DNA of 59,620 bases, counting the filler, from Actinomycetota bacterium (GTDB lineage: Bacteria; Actinomycetota; Actinomycetes; JAKEEW01), in the NCBI GenBank assembly GCA_046725875.1. It is 3 parts of 3 records of this genome, joined end to end, with 100 filler letters (N's around TTAATTAATTAA, not from the genome) between each part and the next. Parts side by side here need not be neighbours in the genome. Positions count along the whole stretch, not along the records: positions 1 to 22,039 come from JBKOZJ010000079.1; 2 more parts are not named here. The stretch is one strand, 5' to 3'. The position numbers and the translations under genes are program-made. Within the stretch, counting starts at the first letter, position 1. Every line of letters starts with the position of its first letter. Under the pieces are notes generated by a model. The model was not told the DNA's origin, made no database searches, and was given only the letters and a program-made list of their open reading frames with translations. Positions 10,203 through 18,814 of the stretch are shown here, one piece after another.

Positions 10203-10924
10203 GGCGCCCTGCCTGGTCGATCGCGGAGTAGGACAGCTCTGGCCATAACGACCAGGCACACGGTGCCGTTCAGTAGCGAGGCGAGCACGTCGCTGGGGTG
10301 ATGCATGCCGCGATAAAGGCGGGCAGCCCCGACGGCGAAGGGGATTGCGAGCGCGATTGCCCACCAGGCGACCCGCCATTGGCTCCGTGCGAAGTGCACC
10401 GAAAGGATCACCGCAAGGCCGCCGGCGAGAACAAGGGCCGCGCTGGTATGCCCAGAAGGAAAGCTCGAGGTCGGCGGCGCATCGTCCAGCTGGCGGACAC
10501 TCGGACGATGACGGTCGACAAAGAATGCGGCTATTACGAAGACCGCAGACTGCGCGGCGACCGCCCCGATCAGGAAACCCGATTCGCGCCAACGGTGGAA
10601 GACCAGCCTCAGGAGAAGTGCGCAGGCCGCCGTCGCTGCCACGATCGCCGGGGTGTTCGCGGCCTCTGACAGGACCGACGTCACCAGGTCCCAGGTGTGA
10701 GTACGGTCACCGGCCAACGCACGGTTGATAGCGTCCTCATCCCTGATCGGCCACACGTGAGCGAGAGTCCTGGTCAGCAGCAGGCCGACGGCAATCATGA
10801 GCAGGGTCAGCAGGATGACCGGTCCAAGGATCTCGCGGATCTTTCGCCGCGGCAGATGGTGGTTGACAGGCGAGGTGCTTGGGGATCGGTGTGCGGCGGT
10901 CTCGGCCCTCCCGGCGCTGGCCAT
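10199..10924 (-). CDS. PAP2 family phosphatase
   Basis: DRHRP, SFPSGHT, ARLYRGMHHPSD. Confidence 0.92.
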   Translation of the reverse strand: MASAGRAETAAHRSPSTSPVNHHLPRRKIREILGPVILLTLLMIAVGLLLTRTLAHVWPIRDEDAINRALAGDRTHTWDLVTSVLSEAANTPAIVAATAACALLLRLVFHRWRESGFLIGAVAAQSAVFVIAAFFVDRHRPSVRQLDDAPPTSSFPSGHTSAALVLAGGLAVILSVHFARSQWRVAWWAIALAIPFAVGAARLYRGMHHPSDVLASLLNGTVCLVVMARAVLLRDRPGRAP

Positions 10925-10932
10925 GCGGCCTG

Positions 10933-10958
10933 GCTACCCAGGTAGTTCAGGTTGAACC
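10933..10958 (-). promoter_or_regulatory. SigB/SigF-type promoter motif
   Basis: GGTT-N15-GGGTAGC ending 8 nt before ATG 10924. Confidence 0.6.
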
Positions 10959-11008
10959 GCGCTGTTCGCGCTTGCGGCCGGGTCGGGAGGTAGCGTTCGC
11001 CCGTGCGT

Positions 11009-11809
11009 CTAATAACGGCCCCTGCGTGCGACCGGTGCAGTTCCAGGGGCGATGTCCGAGGCCGCTTCGGGCTCGACCCCTTCGAGAGCCGGCGCGGCCG
11101 GCACTCGGCCAGCCTCACGCCGCCACAACTCGAACGCGGCCGTCGTGCCGGCAACGACTCCACCGCCCAGCGTCCATCCGGCCAGCACATCGCTGACCCA
11201 GTGCACGCCCAGCGCGATCCGCGCATACCCCGTAATGAGCACGATGAGCACGCCCAGCGCCCACACTCCAGCGCGCCAACCCGCGCCTAGCGCTGGCAAC
11301 GCGGCCAGCAGGAGTACGCCCACTCCCAGCGCGGCGTTCATGGAATGCAGCGAGGGAAACGAACTGCCCGAGGCAATGGCCACCGGATCGGGCAGGATCG
11401 GCCTGGCCCTGTTGACGACGAACTTCAGGGCGACTCCCAGCATGCCGCCGACGGTGATCGTGATGATGGCCCAGCCGGCCAGCCGTACTGCCCGACGATA
11501 CAGCAGCCAGATCGCCAACAGTGCCACCAGCAACCGCCACGTCGTGGGACCGAAGATGGTCGACCAGTCACGAAAGAACCGGACCGCCGCCGGGTGGCCC
11601 AGCGCCCATATGTGCAATCGGTCGGCCGTACTCTCGTCGAGGCGGCGCAGGGGAGTCCACGCTGACTTTACGAGGACAAGGAGGAGCGTGAACGGGACGG
11701 CGATCAAGAACGCTGCCACTGCGGCAGCAGCCAGCCGGGTGCCCAGCCGCCTGTCGAGGTCCCGGTGCCGGCGCCGCATCCTCAGTCTCCACCATCTCCC
11801 GGCGCCCAC
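11009..11809 (-). CDS. PAP2 family phosphatase
   Basis: KFVVNRARP, SFPSLHS (variant), ARIALGVHWVSD; alternative start 11779. Confidence 0.9.
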   Translation of the reverse strand: MGAGRWWRLRMRRRHRDLDRRLGTRLAAAAVAAFLIAVPFTLLLVLVKSAWTPLRRLDESTADRLHIWALGHPAAVRFFRDWSTIFGPTTWRLLVALLAIWLLYRRAVRLAGWAIITITVGGMLGVALKFVVNRARPILPDPVAIASGSSFPSLHSMNAALGVGVLLLAALPALGAGWRAGVWALGVLIVLITGYARIALGVHWVSDVLAGWTLGGGVVAGTTAAFELWRREAGRVPAAPALEGVEPEAASDIAPGTAPVARRGRY

Positions 11810-11818
11810 CTGGCCTCC

Positions 11819-11844
11819 GCTACCCCGCGGCGCTGTCGCTATTC
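11819..11844 (-). promoter_or_regulatory. SigB/SigF-type promoter motif
   Basis: GAAT-N15-GGGTAGC ending 9 nt before GTG 11809. Confidence 0.55.
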
Positions 11845-12270
11845 ACCCTGAGGGTCGAAAACGCCAGATGTGGATCAGCCCTGGTGTCTGTGGTTGCGTC
11901 GCGCAGGAACGATCCAGCAAGAGGGGCTGGCGCAGAGTCATCCGGTCGGGTCGTGTTGCGCGGCGAGATCCCGCCGGCTGACCTGCGCAGGGCCCGCACG
12001 TCGATCTCCACCGGTTGCGCCGACCGGTGCTCCTCGGACGGATCCCACCCTCACTCGCGACCGCAGTGCCGTCTCATTTCTGCGTCGGTCGTCGGGGGCG
12101 CGCCCCTGGGCCGGGTGAAGCAGTGCACGGTAGCCATGTCTCGGACCCTTCGCGCCCGACGATCCCTGACTCTGAAAGTGCCCGAGAACCGAAGGAGCCC
12201 GTGCGTCGGTACTCCCTCCCGACCGCGCGGACACCAAGGTGGGCATACCGCAACTGGGGAAGAGGAGATC

Positions 12271-12722
12271 ACGAACAGCAAGCTCGGAACACGAGGGCTC
12301 GGACTCGCTGCTGGCGCAGCCGCAATGCTGACTGTTGGTCGGCTCCCGCCAGCCCAGCTGCCGCGGCGGCGTCAGCCTCCGCCTCGAACGACACCCTCAC
12401 CGTCAGCGACGACGGCGGCGACGATCGGATCGCGCTGCGTCTGGCAGCAGGTAGCGACAGGAACCCTCCAGGTCGACTTCGGTGACGACGATTCACCGAA
12501 GACGGCAACGACGAGTTCCGCGCGACCAGGCCAACGGGGCGCGTTCACCACGAGGCCCTGACGGTCGTTGGCGGCAACGGCGACGACACCCTCAACGGCG
12601 GTGACGGACTCGAGTTGTTCATCGGCGGCAACGGCGAGGACGCGGTCGACGGAACCGCGCCAACGACACCGCGCTGCTCGGAAACGGACAGGACAGGTTC
12701 CGTTGGGACCCGGGTGACGGCC
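12271..12722 (+). pseudogene. secreted hemolysin-type (RTX-like) calcium-binding protein remnant
   Basis: GAGGAG SD followed by ACG (likely mutated start), signal-like segment, GGNGDDTLNGGDG / GGNGEDAVDG / GNGQDRFRWDPGDG repeats split across frames. Confidence 0.7.
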
Positions 12723-12844
12723 CTCGGCGCCGTGCATCCCGGGCCGCCCGCTCGTGCCAACGCGACGGCGACCGTCGGCTGGAGCAGCCCTCTCGCGCCC
12801 ATGGGTTCGTTGCCAAGGTCCGACTCTGGTGCTATGCAGAGGAG

Positions 12845-14197
12845 GTGATCGTTAGGCTGCACCGCGCGGGGGCGGCCGCGGTGACAGCAGCGGTGCTGGT
12901 GAGCCTGGCCGGCGCTGCGGGCCCGGCTGCCGCGGCGGTGCCGCTGCCGGGCGCAGCGGTCATCGTCCCGGACGCGACCGGGGACGTTGTGATCGACGAA
13001 TGGCCGGACCCGGGTCAGCCGGTCGCGGAGCCGCGTGCCGACCTGACCTCCGCCGGAATCCAGATCGGCCCGACCAACCTCCGCCTGACGGCGACGGTCG
13101 TCCAGTTCACCGACCCCACGAACGATCCGCTGTGGACGCAGCAGGGATCCTGGACTGAACTTCGGTGGTGGATCGACGTGACCGCGGACGGTGGCGCGGA
13201 TTACTTTGTGGTCTACGGCTACGACTCGCGCAGTGCCGTCCCGTTCTACGCCCAGCTGGCCGACGCGAGGGACTCGACGGGCCACGGGTGCATCGGCACC
13301 CCGTCGTACAACGCCTCGGCGCGACTGTACGTCGCGTCGTTCGCTCTCTCGTGTCTGCCGGCTCGTCAGATGCGGGTGCTCTCTCGCATCGACATCGATC
13401 TGGACCCGCTGAACCATTACGCCGGCCGCGCCATCGACTTCGCCCCGGACCAGCCGAACTGGGGGTTCGGCCGGGTCGCGTGGTCGGGCCCGGCCGTGCG
13501 GGTGGGGGTCCGCGCGGACCGGCCCGCCGTCTTCCGCGGTGGGACGTGGTATCTACGGGCGGGCGTGGGCTCCAGCGACCGGACCGTCACCAGCTTCAGC
13601 TTCGGACGCGGCACCGACAAGCCGATCTTCTGTGATTGGGACGGCGACGGCGACCGGACGCCGGGAGTGTTCCGGGATGGCCGGTGGTATATCCGGAACA
13701 GCAACACCGGCGGCCCAGCCGAAAAATCCTTCTCGTTTGGCCGGGCCGGCGACATTCCCGTGTGCGGGCGCTGGCCGAACTACCGGGGCGAGGCGCGCGT
13801 GGAACATCCCGGTGTCTACCGAGCCGGAGTCTGGTATCTGCGGTACTCGCTGACCACCGGCTCCGCGGACTATACGCTCCGCTTCGGAGACGCGTGGTCG
13901 AAGCCGGTCGTCGGCGACTGGAACGGCGACGGGTACGACCAGCCCGGCATCTTCCGGGACGGCCGCTGGCAGCTCGTGGACACGTTCTGGGCCGAGGTCG
14001 ACCCCTACGACGGCAAGCGGTTCACCTACGGCCAGGCTGGGGACGTTCCCGTGGTCGGCGACTGGAACCGCGACGGCGTGGTGACGGTCGGCGTACGGCG
14101 TGGCAGGACCTGGTACGTGTCCAACGTCCTCGGCGGGGCGACGTCGTCGTCCTTCCTCTACGGCTACTCGACCGACCGGCCCGTTGTCTGGCGCTGA
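12845..14197 (+). CDS. secreted protein with C-terminal FG-GAP/VCBS-like repeat (beta-propeller) domain
   Basis: Ala-rich signal peptide; about 5 repeats PGVFRDGRWY...FG..GD.P..GDWxGDG. Confidence 0.85.
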   Translation: MIVRLHRAGAAAVTAAVLVSLAGAAGPAAAAVPLPGAAVIVPDATGDVVIDEWPDPGQPVAEPRADLTSAGIQIGPTNLRLTATVVQFTDPTNDPLWTQQGSWTELRWWIDVTADGGADYFVVYGYDSRSAVPFYAQLADARDSTGHGCIGTPSYNASARLYVASFALSCLPARQMRVLSRIDIDLDPLNHYAGRAIDFAPDQPNWGFGRVAWSGPAVRVGVRADRPAVFRGGTWYLRAGVGSSDRTVTSFSFGRGTDKPIFCDWDGDGDRTPGVFRDGRWYIRNSNTGGPAEKSFSFGRAGDIPVCGRWPNYRGEARVEHPGVYRAGVWYLRYSLTTGSADYTLRFGDAWSKPVVGDWNGDGYDQPGIFRDGRWQLVDTFWAEVDPYDGKRFTYGQAGDVPVVGDWNRDGVVTVGVRRGRTWYVSNVLGGATSSSFLYGYSTDRPVVWR

Positions 14198-14333
14198 CCG
14201 CCCCCGCCAGCCGCAGCCCTACCGAACATGTCGAATCAATCGCACACGCCGATAACCGAGTGGTCGGGTTCGGGTGGGCTGTCGGTCGAGCGTGTCAGCG
14301 TAATCGGGGCCGAACATTCCCTGGAGGTATCCG

Positions 14334-14777
14334 ATGGCCGTTTCGTACCAGCTGGTGATCGACTGCACATCACCCGAACCGCTAGCACATTTCTGGGCCG
14401 AGGCGTTGCACTACGTCCTCGCACCTCCGCCGCCCGGCTTCGACTCGTGGGACGACTTCTACAGGTCAATCGGAGTACCGGAGGCCGAGCTTGGCAATGG
14501 CGCTGACGTCATCGAGGACCCGAACGGTGAGGGTCCGCGAATCTGGTTCCAGATCGTCCCCGAGAAGAAGTCGATCAAGAACCGCATCCACATCGATGTG
14601 AACGCGAGCGGAGACCGCGGTTCATCGCTCGACACCAGGCGCGAGCGGGTCGAGGCTGAGGCGGCGCGGCTCGTGTCTCTCGGTGCCATGCGGCTGCACA
14701 CAATCCTCGAGGAGGGTCTCGACCACTATGCGGTCGCGATGACCGATCCCGAAGGCAACGAGTTCGACATCAACTGA
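14334..14777 (+). CDS. VOC family protein (glyoxalase_6-like)
   Basis: LVIDC..P..LAHFWAEAL, VPEKKSIKNRIHID, MTDPEGNEFD; GGAGG SD. Confidence 0.92.
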   Translation: MAVSYQLVIDCTSPEPLAHFWAEALHYVLAPPPPGFDSWDDFYRSIGVPEAELGNGADVIEDPNGEGPRIWFQIVPEKKSIKNRIHIDVNASGDRGSSLDTRRERVEAEAARLVSLGAMRLHTILEEGLDHYAVAMTDPEGNEFDIN

Positions 14778-14893
14778 GGGTTGGATGCTCGGGCGGGACA
14801 CGGCCGTTCCTTGAGGGCTGCCCGCGGTCCTGCCCCTATTCGCCCGGACCTGCCGCCGGTCCGGGCGTCGTCGCTCGGGCTTCGCCCCGCCGG

Positions 14894-15161
14894 TTAGGCG
14901 GGTGGACTCCAGTGTGAGCCGTCGGGGTTGAGGAACCTCAGCCCCATGTCGCGGGTGACGTTCAGGTGGTGGTACACGCGCCGGATGACCTCCTCGCGAT
15001 CTTGCGGGTCCAACTGGCCCCGCCAAGACCTCCACGTGATCGAGGTACACCTCCTGGTCGAGCATGCCGGCGCCAATCCGCACCGTACTCTCGCGGTCTT
15101 TGTACTTGATCCAGCTGCGGCTCGGGATGTGGACCGAGTAGCGGTCGTCACGCTTCAACAT
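14894..15161 (-). pseudogene. frameshifted small hypothetical (possible immunity-like) protein
   Basis: MLKRDDRYSVHIP...HVEVLAG joins QLDPQDREEVIRRVYHHL...WSPPA* if one base is removed at the G/C run around 15016-15021. Confidence 0.5.
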
Positions 15162-15329
15162 CGCGGACGTCCGCACAAAAACGGTGCGTAGCAAGCCCTT
15201 GATCGGGGCGGTCTCCCCACTGCAGTGGTCGGGTTCAGAATGCTTGGCAATTTTAGCTGTCTCGGGATGTCAAGCTTCGGGCATCTGGAGACTCGCAGGG
15301 ACTGAATGCCAAAGCTCCGGCTCATGCTG

Positions 15330-15360
15330 CTTTGACCGCCTCATCAGACGGAACTCATCG
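15330..15360 (-). promoter_or_regulatory. orphan SigG(ECF56)-type promoter motif
   Basis: CGATGA-N18-GTC followed by ATGAGC at 15325 with no credible ORF. Confidence 0.55.
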
Positions 15361-15608
15361 GCGCGGAGGTGGGAATGACGCCACCGCGCCGGCCGCGTCA
15401 GCTTGTCCGGCGGGGTGAAGCGGGATCTGTGCTAGATTCGGAGTGGTTGCAGTTTGCAGTTCCCGTACGTTCTCGAACGCCCGCGGAGTGCGAATCCGCC
15501 GGGCGTCTCTCATTCCTGGACCTTGTCCGCTGTGGGAGGGGCCGCTCGCGGCAGCCGGTGCCGGCAACCGCCGGCATCCGAAATCGCCCCACAGAAGGAG
15601 CACCCCAC

Positions 15609-15812
15609 ATGTCCCAGGGCACTGTGAAGTGGTTCAACAGCGAGAAGGGCTACGGCTTCATCGCGCAGGACGGCGGCGGCGCCGACGTGTTCGTTCACTA
15701 CTCTGCGATCGCGGTCGACGGCTACCGCTCGTTGGAGGACAACCAGCGTGTGGAGTTCGACATCAGCCAGGGTCCCAAGGGCCCCCAAGCGGAGAACGTC
15801 CGCCCGGTCTGA
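15609..15812 (+). CDS. cspA: cold-shock protein (CspA family)
   Basis: [32 protein letters not shown]; 67 aa; AAGGAG SD. Confidence 0.97.
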   Translation: MSQGTVKWFNSEKGYGFIAQDGGGADVFVHYSAIAVDGYRSLEDNQRVEFDISQGPKGPQAENVRPV

Positions 15813-15829
15813 TACGGATCCCGCGAGCG

Positions 15830-15857
15830 GAAGGGCCGGGCTGTCGCCGGTCCTTTC
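15830..15857 (+). terminator. probable intrinsic terminator of the csp gene
   Basis: GAAGGGCCGG...CCGGTCCTTTC hairpin 17 nt after the stop. Confidence 0.55.
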
Positions 15858-16122
15858 GCATCGAAAGGGTGGTCTCGCCGCGCCGCCAATTGAGGCCTTA
15901 GCGAACAGCGGGCACTCCTGGGAGTCCGGAAGTGGCCGCTGAGACAGACCTGGACTTTACCCATGGACCTCTTCCCTGGGGAGCGAAACGTCAGTCGGAT
16001 AGGTCCGCTGCGCGTAGCGAAGATCGCTGACCGTGTGTGCAGTGCCGACGGCCCGAACCGGGACCTTGGCCACACTGATCGTCGCGCGCCGGCTGGGCCG
16101 TTAGGCGTCGAGGTGCATCGTC

Positions 16123-16344
16123 ATGGCAAAGATTGTGCTGCGGGTTCGGCTTATCGGCGGGGCTCAGATGGACGTCGTGTACGACGAACCGGCGAGCGAC
16201 GCAGACGACGTTATTGAGCACATTGTTTCCACGCTTGCCCGTGATTCTGGTTTGCTTCGCACCCGACATGGCGACCGACTCGTAGTGGTGTACGCAAGGG
16301 GTGTTGCCGCCATTGAGGTGGCGCCTCGTGGGGCAGTGCTGTGA
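16123..16344 (+). CDS. small hypothetical protein
   Basis: 73 aa, GAGGT SD, alternating beta-strand pattern. Confidence 0.7.
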   Translation: MAKIVLRVRLIGGAQMDVVYDEPASDADDVIEHIVSTLARDSGLLRTRHGDRLVVVYARGVAAIEVAPRGAVL

Positions 16345-16600
16345 GTCGCTTTGGTGGACGATCTGGTACCCGGCGCTCCCACCATGCTCCTTCGCCTTGC
16401 TCATGCGCTGACGCCGTCGACGGAGGAACGCCAACCAGAACAAGATCATGCCCGTCATCGCGATCCCTAATCCACGGCTTCTACTGAGCGCGCCGAGCTT
16501 GTACTGGACGCTGCCGCCGACCTTTTCGTCCCGAATTTGCAGAGAGCCCGGTGTTGATGGTCACGCAGGCAGGGCGAACCCCCGAAATGATCACCAGCGG

Positions 16601-16927
16601 TCAAACGTAGGGCAGTAATCGCTGCTGCTTCGACTGCTGCACCTTGGTAGTTCCGCCGGTCGAAGAATCGTCCCGAAGAAACAGGAGGTCCCCGCGTGGT
16701 ATTGCCCCGCTGGCCAGCTGGTGGTCCCGGGGATGCCTTGAAGGTCGGGTGACACGCGCCAATCGGGTGCAGTGCGGAGGCCGGGGCGATCGCGCCGATG
16801 TCCGATGGCCGAAGCCAGACTCCCCACCGCTGTCGCACATGAAGACGGTCTCACCGGCGGCAGTGACCAAGGGCCGGACCAAGCCCTGGTCGTTCAGCGG
16901 ACACTCGACGCTCCACGCGTACGTCAT
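16601..16927 (-). pseudogene. frameshifted hypothetical protein
   Basis: MTYAWSVECPLNDQGLVRP...MCDSGGE continues as VWLRPSDIG and PDWRVSPDL in other frames; GGAGG SD. Confidence 0.45.
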
Positions 16928-17020
16928 GCCTCCGAGCCTTGCCACGCCAACGCACGCTCATGCCGCTCCCGGTGGGTCCTTGCGGGTTGACGGGATCGCC
17001 AGCTGGGCGGTCGTGGGTGG

Positions 17021-17662
17021 TCAGGTCACGACGTGGTATTTGAGGTGTGCAACCCCGGGCGCCTCGACGGCGCGGACCTGTTCCAATCCCAGGAGCGGGC
17101 CGACACCGTCGAACAGGCGAGCACCGCCGCCAAGCAGGATCGGCACGACGTGCAGCTCGATCTCATCGACGAGCCCGGCGGCCAGGTACTGATTGATCAC
17201 ACTGGCCCCACCGCCGACGATCACGTCCCTGCCACCGGCGGCCTGCCTGGCCTGGTCGAGCGCCGACTCGATCCCGCCGGTGACGAAGGTGAACGTCGTG
17301 TCGGCAAGGGTCAGCGGCGCACGCTCATGATGGGTCAGGACGACGACCGGCTTGTGGAACGGCGGGTTCTCACCCCACCAGCCTCGCCACTGATCGGTTC
17401 CCCAGGGCCCGCCACCCGGAGGGCCGAACTTGCCCCGACCCATGATCTCGGCACCCACGTTGGCCAGCTCCTCCTCGACGATCGGGGTACTCGCGTTGAC
17501 CGTGCCGCCAGCGGTCCCATGCGGCTCGCGCCACGCCTGGAGCTCAACCATCCAATCGTGCAGCGCCTCGCCACCCACGCCGAGCGGGTTCTCCGCGCTC
17601 TGATCTGGGCCCGCGACATAGCCGTCGAGCGAGGTGGAGATGTGGACTCTCAGCTTGCTCAT
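17021..17662 (-). CDS. dihydrofolate reductase family protein (RibD C-terminal domain)
   Basis: STSLDGYVAGP, IMGRG, GGGAS, LVDEIELHVVPILLGGGARLF. Confidence 0.93.
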   Translation of the reverse strand: MSKLRVHISTSLDGYVAGPDQSAENPLGVGGEALHDWMVELQAWREPHGTAGGTVNASTPIVEEELANVGAEIMGRGKFGPPGGGPWGTDQWRGWWGENPPFHKPVVVLTHHERAPLTLADTTFTFVTGGIESALDQARQAAGGRDVIVGGGASVINQYLAAGLVDEIELHVVPILLGGGARLFDGVGPLLGLEQVRAVEAPGVAHLKYHVVT

Positions 17663-17667
17663 AGCTA

Positions 17668-17698
17668 CAAAGACCGCTCATCGGCAGCAAACTCATCG
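17668..17698 (-). promoter_or_regulatory. SigG(ECF56)-type promoter, leaderless transcript
   Basis: CGATGA-N18-GTCTTTG 5 nt before ATG 17662. Confidence 0.65.
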
Positions 17699-17891
17699 CC
17701 GCGCTCGCACACGCAAGGCCCGACGGCTCGGCGCCAGCCCCTTTCGCGCTCAGTCGCGGGCTTGATCGACCTTCCGCTATTGCCGCTGACCGAGTCTGGC
17801 TTGTGCTCGCCTCTGGCGGTGTCCTCGATGTAGCGACAGGACGTCGGAATCCATTGGCGCGTCGGCGGCCGGAAGTGCGAGCCTGCGCAGC

Positions 17892-18464
17892 GTGGAGATA
17901 CGAGCCCAGAGTCTTGGCGAGGCGGACGCCGTCGGGCAGGTGATCACTGAGGCGTTTGCGGATGGCGGGCAGGTCGCAGCGGTCTGGGCCGACGTGGTTG
18001 CTCGCGGCCTCGACCGGGCAAGTCTGGTCGCCGTCGATGGCGAGGATGTGGTCGGCCATGTCGGGTTGAGCCACGGGTGGCTCGACGCGCGACGGGAGTT
18101 GGTCGACGTGCTGATCCTGAGCCCGCTTGGTGTTCGACCGGATCGACAGGGCGAAGGGATAGGGACGGCGTTGGTGGCCGCCGCGATCGAGTCGGCTGAA
18201 CGGTGGGGAGCCCCATCCTTGCTCCTCGAGGGAAGCCCGGCGTACTACGGTCGGCGTGGTTTCCAACGGGCCAGCGACAAGGGCTTCGAGGCACCGTCGC
18301 GGCGAACGCCCGAGCCTGCCTTTCAAGTGGCCCTGTTGTCCGGTCATGCGGGCTGGATGGTCGGTCGGGTCGTCTATCGCGACGTGTGGTGGGAGCACGA
18401 CGCGGCTGGTCTGCGTGACCCAGAGCTGGCCGAGATCGAGCGAGCACTGGGCGTCGAGTCGTAG
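17892..18464 (+). CDS. GNAT family N-acetyltransferase (YhbS-like)
   Basis: LSPLGVRPDRQGEGIGTALV, LEGSPAYYGRRGF. Confidence 0.92.
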   Translation: MEIRAQSLGEADAVGQVITEAFADGGQVAAVWADVVARGLDRASLVAVDGEDVVGHVGLSHGWLDARRELVDVLILSPLGVRPDRQGEGIGTALVAAAIESAERWGAPSLLLEGSPAYYGRRGFQRASDKGFEAPSRRTPEPAFQVALLSGHAGWMVGRVVYRDVWWEHDAAGLRDPELAEIERALGVES

Positions 18465-18814
18465 CTGTTCCGGCAGTACTCAACCCGCATGGCGCCCTTG
18501 TAGCCAACCCAGAGCGCTGGCGAATCGGCCTGCCCCTCTCGTCGGTCCGCTCCTGCCGCGATCGGCGCGGTCACGTGACCGGCGAGCAACTGCTATCGGC
18601 ATCTACGGGCTCTCGAATGGCTCGTCTCCGCCGCGAAGCCGACATCGCCGTCGATGTGGGCATCGCCTCGTACGCGCTGGTCAAGTCGGAGCTCTTCATA
18701 TCGGTCAGCTCGTCGAGCTCGACCTCCTTCTGCCGCTGCTAGAGCAACGCGATTTCCTGCCGGTGGGCACTAGGCTCTCGCCAGTGTGGTTGCCACACAA
18801 TATGGAGGAACGGG

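Noticed and set aside
14222..14236. CCGAACATGTCGAAT as a LexA/SOS box
   Set aside because: Right half does not match GTTCG
486..15902. Recurring CCTTAGC/GCTAAGG heptamer at intergenic sites (486, 5057, 6501, 15896) as possible cassette recombination sites
   Set aside because: About as many copies are expected by chance at this GC content, one copy lies inside a CDS, and there is no extended shared context
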